Shown here piece by piece: positions 6,927 through 10,824 of a DNA stretch of 10,824 nt. Origin of the DNA: Octopus sinensis (lineage: Eukaryota); the NCBI RefSeq assembly GCF_006345805.1, contig NW_021827034.1, positions 1 through 10,824 on the forward strand. Direction: 5' to 3'. Position numbers and translations under genes: made by a program. Position 1 is the stretch's first letter. Each line of letters starts with the position of its first letter. The notes beneath the pieces were generated by a model that was given only the letters and a program-made list of their open reading frames with translations, ran no database searches and was not told the origin of the DNA.

Positions 6927-7373
6927 ATAACCGAAAAAAATTGGAGTCAAAAAGAAGGAGTATGGTTGGACATTTACTTTCAGTCACTACAATTGTTTCT
7001 ACGCAACGCATTTCTCCAGGCGTGCAGGTACTTGATTATGCAACCGTTTCCTTGCATTATGAGATCTCAATGTGTTTCCTCAAGCAGTATGTAAATACTG
7101 TCTCTGAAAGTTCAAGTTCTCGGCTTCAAGAGCATCTTCTCTGTCTGCCGTGGCCTGAAGTTAATAGTACCCACTGAATCCGAGAATTTGAACTTACAGA
7201 GTTAATTTTTACATACTACTTGAGGAAACACAACGAGATCTCATAATGCAGAGAAACGATTACATAATCAAGTACCGGCACTGCTGGACAACTACGTTGC
7301 GTAGAAACAATTGTAGTGATTGAAAATAAATGTCCAATCGTACTCCTTTTTGACTCCAGAATATTTCCGTTAT
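6927..7373. mobile_element. Foldback or MITE-like palindromic element
   Basis: Arms 6927-7123 and 7180-7373 are inverted repeats (manual alignment: about 28 mismatches and one 3-nt gap, ~84% identity) with a 56-bp spacer. Confidence 0.75.
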
Positions 7374-7412
7374 TTATTCACAGGACAGAAGCCCAAACGC
7401 AAACCTGAAATT

Positions 7413-7797
7413 GGAAGCACTCGGTCGGTTACGACGACGAGGGTTCCGGTTGATCCGAATCAACGGAACAGCCTGCTCGTGAAATTAACGTGTAAGTGGC
7501 TGAGCACTCCATAGACACGTGTACCCTTAACATAGTTCTCGGGGATATTCAGCGTGACACAGAGAGTGACAAGGCCGGCCCTTTGAAATACAGGTACAAC
7601 AGAAACAGGAAGTAAGAGTGAGAGAAAGTTGTAGTGAAAGAGTACAGCAGGGATCACCACCATCCCCTGCCGGAGCCTCGTGGAGCTTTAGGTGTTTTCG
7701 CTCAATAAACACTCACAATGCCCGGTCTGGGAATCGAAACCGCGATCCTATGACTGAGAGTCCGTTGCCCTAACCACTGGGCCATTGCGCCTCCACG
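7413..7797 (-). mobile_element. tRNA-derived SINE, full length, with a 12-bp TSD
   Basis: Minus-strand head GTGGAGGCGCAATGGCCCAGTGGTTAGGG with A box TGGCCCAGTGG (7774-7784) and B box GGTTTCGATTCCC (7729-7741). Direct repeats AAACCTGAAATT at 7401-7412 and 7798-7809. Confidence 0.9.
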
Positions 7798-7929
7798 AAA
7801 CCTGAAATTACGTATAGTACTACTGGTACTGGATAACATAGGCTGAAATCTGAAGGTGGACGAGTTTAAAAATGTACTCTACTACGTTCTTAACAGAATA
7901 TACCATACCTATAACTATATGTATATATA

Positions 7930-8107
7930 GCTCCTACACGCATTTTTTTCTCTCCTTGTTTTTTTTCTGTGTATCTTTCTGTCGAAGAGCGTAGGCTCGA
8001 AACGTAAAAGACTTTTCTATTTCTATTCCTGAGCGCTATACTAATACATTTGTTTGTACTCCACCTGTCTTCGTCTTTTGTTTATTTTCGTAAACTTTCC
8101 CGTTTAG
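7930..8107 (+). mobile_element. PLE-like terminal-repeat remnant with a hammerhead, set between TA-rich tracts
   Basis: Contains a minimal hammerhead fold followed by a T-rich 3' segment, and ends at (TA)n (8108 onward). Confidence 0.55.
7974..8011 (+). ncRNA. Minimal type I hammerhead-like motif (CUGUCGA core, A6U variant)
   Basis: Stem I TCTTT (7974-7978)/AAAGA (8007-8011). Core CTGTCGA 7979-7985, extra A. Stem II GAGC-gtag-GCTC (7987-7998). GAAAC 7999-8003. GUA site 8004-8006 with loopless palindromic ACGU. Confidence 0.65.
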
Positions 8108-8478
<371 letters not shown>

Positions 8479-9187
8479 AATCTGCTTTTCCACACTGATA
8501 TTTAGGAAATTTACGTCACTCCTTCTTTGATTTGTTACTGAGTAAAAGAAACACAAAGTAGTTATCAGTTAATGCCGTACACTGGAAAAAAATATAAAGA
8601 AAACTACCTTAAGAGGTTGCTTTCATGGAACAGTTAAAGCAGTTTGGCTCCTTGGTCTGTGAAGTCAAGCCGAGAGGATGAAATGCCAAATTTTAATGTC
8701 ACGAATTACAAAGGAGGAGAAGAGATCAGCTGTAATAATAACAACAACGACACTGACAACAAAAAGAAGTTATGAGTGAGGCGATGACTCTGTTTGTAAC
8801 CTTTATCTTCGCCAAAACATTTGATGTCCATATTCTAACACTGACTTTTAAATCAATTCCAACTACATGAAACGAGTTATTACAATCTTTCATGTTTTGT
8901 TCTTTCTGTTATCAATGTTTACCCCTAGGTCAGACTTGCTTGAGTAAATCTAAAACCAGAGATATTTCAACAATGACCATCCTGCTTATTTTTCAGCGAA
9001 TATGGAAGACTTAGGCCACCGTCCGCTATAACATAACTTTGTCCTTTGAGGGTTTCAGTGGACTCGACCTGGTAGTCTCTGACTCAAGGATAACTTCGTT
9101 TCTTCCACGACACACAGACTCAGAGGCCCTGAAATGATTATGGATGCTGCCCTTCCACCTCTGATTGAACTATATACATGCGCGCGG

Positions 9188-9189
<2 letters not shown>

Positions 9190-9248
<59 letters not shown>
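9190..9248. repeat. (CA)n microsatellite
   Basis: Near-perfect run of about 29 units. Confidence 0.95.
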
Positions 9249-9249
<1 letters not shown>

Positions 9250-9252
9250 TTA

Positions 9253-9678
9253 TGGAAGATCTTGGAAGATCTAGCATGGAACTTTGGGGTTGGAAGATAC
9301 ACCAATCATTAGACTGGATGCCATAGCATGGTACCAAAGATTCCGCCATTTTCGTCCATAGTAAAAACCTGACACCGGAGCAACTTAGTGTTTAAAAAGC
9401 CCTAACTTTTCAATACATTGTCAAAAGGTCTCACAAATCTACGAGATGTAGATGTTGATATGTTCAAACTATCGGAGAAAGTTTTACCAGATAAACCCAC
9501 GTCACGCTAAGAAACGCAAAGAAGGGCAAACCTGTCCGACTCACAACTTCGACAAAACCGATTCCAGAGAAAGGCCTGGGAGGTGAGTCTAAAATAAACA
9601 AGGATTCGTTCTAGTGGTGGTGCCCATGCAGGGTTACATTCTCTGGCAGAAACCGATAACAGGATAATAGAATATAAA
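9253..9678 (+). pseudogene. Decayed 3' end of a CR1/L2-group LINE (ORF2 C-terminus plus 3' UTR)
   Basis: The frame from 9253 reads WKILEDLAWNFGVGRYTNH*TGCHSMVPKIPPFSSIVKT*HRSNLVFKKP*LFNTLSKGLTNLRDVDVDMFKLSEKVLPDKPTSR*ETQRRA. This matches the P.LFN.LP..L...V..FK...VPD.P pattern of this LINE group's C-terminus. In-frame stops at 9310, 9370, 9403 and 9508. Confidence 0.75.
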
Positions 9679-10004
9679 AGCTTACAGACAGTAACCAAAC
9701 ACATCAACATCAGAAACTGATAAATGCCAGACCACTACTTAAACAAGAATTAGAGTCACTTTTGATAGTTCTCTATATAAATGAAAAATGTGCTTCTATA
9801 TAATTCGTGTTTCTTCACCATGGTACTGGACAAATTTTAAAAGTTGGAAACCCTCTTAATTGTATTAAGAATAAGAGTCTGTGCTACACCCTTTCGTTTC
9901 ACGCAGCTCTCCACCCCAGTATGTTCGCCACCCCGTTATAAGAAACACAGTTTTAGATCACATTCCAACCGGTAAAAGCGCCCTCCACGATTGGTGATTT
10001 TTCA

Positions 10005-10010
10005 CACACA

Positions 10011-10084
<74 letters not shown>

Positions 10085-10192
10085 AGACACACACGTCCTC
10101 GTGCGCACACACAGAGATTCATCCGTGTATTGCGTGCCTTTGTTGTAATTACCGCTGCCACTGCTACTCCTCCTTCCTCCTCCTCCTCCTCG

Positions 10193-10233
<41 letters not shown>

Positions 10234-10340
10234 GTGCTACTACTACTACTATAAGACTTGCAATAGCAACAGCTACAGCTACACATCCGTGTGTATGTGT
10301 GTGTGTGTACGTGTGTGTGTGTATGTGTGTGTATGTGAGT
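10005..10340. repeat. (CA)n, (CCT)n, (CTA)n and (TG)n microsatellite cluster
   Basis: Seen directly. Confidence 0.9.
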
Positions 10341-10608
10341 GTGTGATAGATATAGAAATATAGAAACAGAGAGAGACGAAAAGTCAAACAGAAACACTAA
10401 GACAGAAGGGAAAAGAGAAAGAAAGAGATAGAGAGGGAGAAAGGGGAGAGAAGGGAGAGAGAGAGAGAAAGAGGAGAGCGAAAATGGAAGAGAAAAAGGG
10501 AGAGAAGCAAAAGCTAGAGGGATGAATGTAGCGGGCGGAAGCAGAAAGGGCGATTAAGAGAGGCGAAGATAAAGAGATAAACGGAAAGGGAAAATGTCAG
10601 AATGGGTT

Positions 10609-10657
<49 letters not shown>

Positions 10658-10658
10658 G

Positions 10659-10690
<32 letters not shown>

Positions 10691-10824
10691 ATAGAAGGAT
10701 GAGAAAAGAAAAGGAAAAAAAGAGAAAGAGGGAGTGAAGGAGAGAGAGAAGGATAGAGAAAAGGAAAGGGAGAAGGAGAAAGAGGAGAAGGAAAAGAATA
10801 GAGAAAAGGAAAGAGAGAAGGAGA
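10341..10824. repeat. Purine-rich (GA/GGA/AAAG) low-complexity tract including a long (AG)n run
   Basis: Almost pyrimidine-free on the + strand up to the window end. Confidence 0.9.

Noticed and set aside
7720-7796. tRNA gene
   Set aside because: The A and B boxes continue into a ~310-bp body, and the whole is flanked by a 12-bp TSD, so it is a SINE head.
8915-9000. Named SINE or LINE remnant
   Set aside because: The resemblance is from memory only and too diverged to support without a database search.
9507-9710. 67-aa minus-strand ORF
   Set aside because: It is antisense to the LINE 3' end and has no domain signal.
9989-9994. Reverse CCAAT box (GATTGG) as a promoter
   Set aside because: A single short motif with no associated gene, TSS evidence or CpG island; expected by chance.

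Overview
AT-rich, microsatellite-dense eukaryotic DNA made almost entirely of transposable-element remnants. The repeat families look like those of an octopus or other coleoid cephalopod genome (inference from family recognition, not verified). No intact host gene was recognised, and nearly all listed ORFs are microsatellite artefacts. Supported elements: two non-autonomous Helitrons (2387-3025 and 4959-5344), three copies of a second Helitron-like family, a decayed mariner transposase 5' half, a piggyBac left end, a tRNA-derived SINE with a 12-bp TSD, a ~450-bp foldback element and a decayed CR1/L2-group LINE 3' end. The most interesting signal is non-coding: four type I hammerhead-ribozyme-like motifs from three different repeat families. 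Two of them (490-547 minus, 776-832 plus) lie in back-to-back, circularly permuted copies of a reconstructed ~365-nt, hairpin-rich unit at 268-870. This unit looks like a retrozyme or non-autonomous Penelope-like element that may pass through a circular or multimeric RNA, and it carries an atypical CCGAUGA core.
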